46,005 nt of DNA, taken from positions 1-46,005 of IMG/VR virus record IMGVR_UViG_3300042821_000034, one strand, 5' to 3'. This document shows positions 44,141 through 46,005 of the stretch, in pieces. How positions within the stretch are numbered: position 1 is the stretch's first letter; every line of letters begins with the position of its first letter. The notes under the pieces were generated by a model. The model did not search any database, was not told where the DNA came from, and worked only from the letters and a program-made list of their open reading frames with translations. Source of the stretch: a virus (taxonomy: Duplodnaviria; Caudoviricetes). A program made the translations under genes and the position numbers.

Positions 44141-44427
44141 TTGTCCTGCTCCGGTGCAAGGGCGGCGCGCTTCGTCTTTTTGTGATTCCGATGATGCCGC
44201 GTCATCGTCCGATAGGCCTCGCGGCACATGCGCGTGAAATCATCCTCACTGATGCGGTATGCTGTTATCATGCCGATCGTAAGCTCGCGCAGCAGTGCGG
44301 CTATCAGCATTTGAGCTATCGCTTCGTGGTTTATGTCGGCGCGATCGCAGAGGTCGGCGTGGTCTTCCAGAGTCCGGTGCAGCCGTTCTTCCAGCAGGTT
44401 CACCATGTCTTTGAACACGCCCGTCAT
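44137..44427 (-). CDS. Cassette-array gene 1
   Basis: MTGVFKDMVNLLEERL...KKTKRAALAPEQDK; ATGA overlap with the upstream gene. Confidence 0.75.
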   Translation of the reverse strand: MTGVFKDMVNLLEERLHRTLEDHADLCDRADINHEAIAQMLIAALLRELTIGMITAYRISEDDFTRMCREAYRTMTRHHRNHKKTKRAALAPEQDK

Positions 44428-44807
44428 TTCCGGCATTTCCAGCTCCTGCCGCCCCGGGTTACAACTTTCCGCATGTGATGTCGGGTACAAACGTCGACAG
44501 CGGCATGGCGTTGCTTGCGCTTCGGCGCTTCTTCGCCGGTCGTGATGATCGGCGGCAACGCCGGGCTGTCGGGAACGATGCGCTCGGTCACCACCGGAAC
44601 CGGCTCCGGCCGGGCGATCTCGATCTGCCGGATCCGGTCCTGGCGCTTCTCGACCGCGGTCTGGAATGATTCCGACCAGGCCGCATCCGGTGTGGCCGCC
44701 ACCGCGATTGGCGCCGCCGGCGCGGGGATGTGCTGGATCGCCACGATCGCCGACAGCGTTGCGATGCCGGCGAATCCGAGCATCATCTTGATCGGGGTGA
44801 TGATCAT
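44424..44807 (-). CDS. Membrane-anchored/exported small protein
   Basis: N-terminal hydrophobic helix; C-terminal 'DVCTRHHMRKVVTRGGRSWKCRK'. Confidence 0.7.
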   Translation of the reverse strand: MIITPIKMMLGFAGIATLSAIVAIQHIPAPAAPIAVAATPDAAWSESFQTAVEKRQDRIRQIEIARPEPVPVVTERIVPDSPALPPIITTGEEAPKRKQRHAAVDVCTRHHMRKVVTRGGRSWKCRK

Positions 44808-45367
44808 AGCTTGTCCCGGTGCAACCAGTTTGTTTCAGGCAGGCCGCCGTATCCGTCTTCGAACACGATCCAGCAGTAATCGCTCTTGCCGCCGCCGACC
44901 TTGCCACCGTTGGTTATGACGGATCCTGGCGGCATCGACGGCCTCGGCGTCAACAGCCAGATCCGGCGCAGCGGCAGACGGCGCATCCAGCCTGCGGCGT
45001 TGAGCCGGGCGGTCGGCATGATGGCTGCCACCTTGTGACGGGCGCACCGTACTGCGTGTTCTGTGAATTCCCGGAACATGTTGAATGGCGGGTTGAATAC
45101 GAGATTGTCGTGCCTGGCGCGGTGCTTGAGGAAGTCCTGCAACGTGGAATCCCAACCGCGGTAGGCGATGTCGGAACCGTAGGTGTCGATGCCGGCCTGT
45201 AAACCGCTGATCACGATGCGGCCGAAGCCGCAACAGGGATCGTAGACCTTGCCCGTGAATTTCTCTTCGTCAAACAGCCGTTCACTGACCCAGAACGGCT
45301 CGACATAGTGCTCATCGACACGGGGATGTGCGGGGCTATACGGGGTGTGGGTCCAGGGCTGGCTCAT
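44804..45367 (-). CDS. Orphan DNA amino-methyltransferase (N6-adenine type)
   Basis: SAM-binding 'VYDPCCGFG', 'GSDI', catalytic 'NPPF'; no cognate restriction gene nearby. Confidence 0.85.
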   Translation of the reverse strand: MSQPWTHTPYSPAHPRVDEHYVEPFWVSERLFDEEKFTGKVYDPCCGFGRIVISGLQAGIDTYGSDIAYRGWDSTLQDFLKHRARHDNLVFNPPFNMFREFTEHAVRCARHKVAAIMPTARLNAAGWMRRLPLRRIWLLTPRPSMPPGSVITNGGKVGGGKSDYCWIVFEDGYGGLPETNWLHRDKL

Positions 45368-45600
45368 GGCTTCGCCGGCTTTCCGGCGTCGACCAGGGCC
45401 TTCGGCAGCGCGCCTTCCACGCTGCTCCAGATGTAGCTGACCGGATCGTTAGTTTCGATAACGCGCGTGTCGATGACCGAGGACCAGCGCATCATCAGGT
45501 CGGCGACGTAGTCTTTCGCCTCGCGCTGGGTTGCGAACCGCAGCGCGTTGCCGGCCCACACGCCACCGGCGCGGGTTATGACTTCCGGTTTCCAGGACAT
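45364..45600 (-). CDS. Hypothetical phage protein
   Basis: 'MSWKPEV....WAGNALRFAT..EA...DLMMRW'; TAATG coupling. Confidence 0.75.
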   Translation of the reverse strand: MSWKPEVITRAGGVWAGNALRFATQREAKDYVADLMMRWSSVIDTRVIETNDPVSYIWSSVEGALPKALVDAGKPAKP

Positions 45601-45890
45601 TACGCAATCGCCTCTATGCTGTTGCTCAACTGCCGGCACACTTCCTGACCGCGCTTGGCTTCTTCAGCCACCTTGGTGCCGAGTTCGTGCAGCATGGTGA
45701 TGTCGGACTTGGTCTTGCCGACGCAGGCAACGATCTGAGCCTCCAGCGCGATCGTATTCTCGCGCACGATCTTGAGCTGTTCAATCCATTGGTCGGCGAT
45801 CTTGCTAACGCTCTCCAGCATCAAGGTGTGCACCTGGTCGGTGAACGGTGCGATCTCGGGCTTGAGGGCTTCGATGAGTGCGTGTTCCAT
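45600..45890 (-). CDS. Hypothetical coiled-coil protein
   Basis: GAGGA SD; follows the Cro-like gene across the circular junction. Confidence 0.7.
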   Translation of the reverse strand: MEHALIEALKPEIAPFTDQVHTLMLESVSKIADQWIEQLKIVRENTIALEAQIVACVGKTKSDITMLHELGTKVAEEAKRGQEVCRQLSNSIEAIA

Positions 45891-46004
45891 AAGTTCCTCT
45901 TCGTTGGGATGGGCAGTGACCGCCGTGTCGGGGGCGACACGGCGGCCGGACGCGCACGGGCGTGCAAAGGCAGGTTAAGTGCCCGCGCGCGTTTTACGTT
46001 TGCC
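45879..46004 (+). repeat. Terminal direct repeat, right copy
   Basis: Identical to 1-126. Confidence 0.95.
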
Positions 46005-46005
46005 A

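Larger units (their letters stand above)
43135..44169 (-). repeat. Four gene-junction repeats (33-39 bp) and a set of internal ~42-bp repeats
   Basis: TCATTTGTCCTGCTCCGGTGCGAGGGCGGCGCGGGCGAT at 43135-73 and 43308-46 (identical), 43874-912 (2 mismatches), 44137-69 (33 bp, 1 mismatch). Internal repeat at 43216-57 and 43973-44014 (1 mismatch), partial at 43476-506. Confidence 0.95.
1..46005. mobile_element. Complete circularly permuted tailed phage genome, podovirus-like, probable alphaproteobacterial host
   Basis: Terminal direct repeat; TerL, portal, scaffold, capsid, adaptor, nozzle and ejection genes present, with no tape-measure or sheath gene; PolA/primase/SNF2 replication module; no host housekeeping genes. 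Confidence 0.95.

Noticed and set aside
43135-44169. Repeats as a CRISPR array or integron attC sites
   Set aside because: Spacing is irregular (173-566 bp), the repeats are coding and non-palindromic, and there is no cas1/cas2 or integron integrase.
44137-44907. 256-aa ORF as called in the track
   Set aside because: The upstream part overlaps two better genes; the real start is probably the ATGA overlap at 44427. Similar over-extensions were trimmed at 12635, 26814, 34874, 40191, 43359 and 44227.
1-46005. tRNA genes, introns/inteins, alternative genetic code
   Set aside because: No cloverleaf recognised by eye; TerL, PolA and the helicases are of normal length; genes read through with standard stops. 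tRNAscan/Infernal were not run.

Overview
The window is a complete, circularly permuted ~45.9 kb GC-rich tailed-phage genome. Bases 1-126 recur exactly at 45879-46004, which is typical of assembly overlap. The gene content is podovirus-like and the host is probably an alphaproteobacterium (Hyphomicrobiales/Bradyrhizobium-like; inferred mainly from a PEPxxWA-CTERM gene). Layout: (i) a minus-strand late operon, 28148->635, with tail fibre/accessory structural genes, TerL, portal, scaffold, major capsid, adaptor, nozzle, two GNAT-fold genes, five MGGK-starting proteins and three larger ejection proteins plus a 1276-aa double muralytic protein; (ii) an AT-richer packaging/early region, 28650-31580; (iii) a replication module with a candidate origin, primase-helicase, VRR-NUC, Cas4-like exonuclease, SSB, family A DNA polymerase and SNF2 helicase; (iv) a minus-strand accessory operon led by a Cro-like gene, with an orphan DNA methyltransferase, a repeat-delimited small-gene array and a PEP-CTERM protein. 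I see no integrase, CI repressor, RNA polymerase, tRNA, CRISPR or stand-alone endolysin. The two best candidates for an undescribed system are: (1) two GNAT genes translationally coupled to a tandem array of paralogous proteins with an N-terminal MGGK(GG) tag, a variable middle and a conserved C-terminus, inside the DNA-ejection module; (2) a modular gene-cassette array at 42881-44427, where a ~39-bp repeat encodes the C-terminus RAALAPEQDK, the RBS and the stop/start overlap, with a second internal 42-bp repeat. All product calls come from motif recognition by eye, not database searches.
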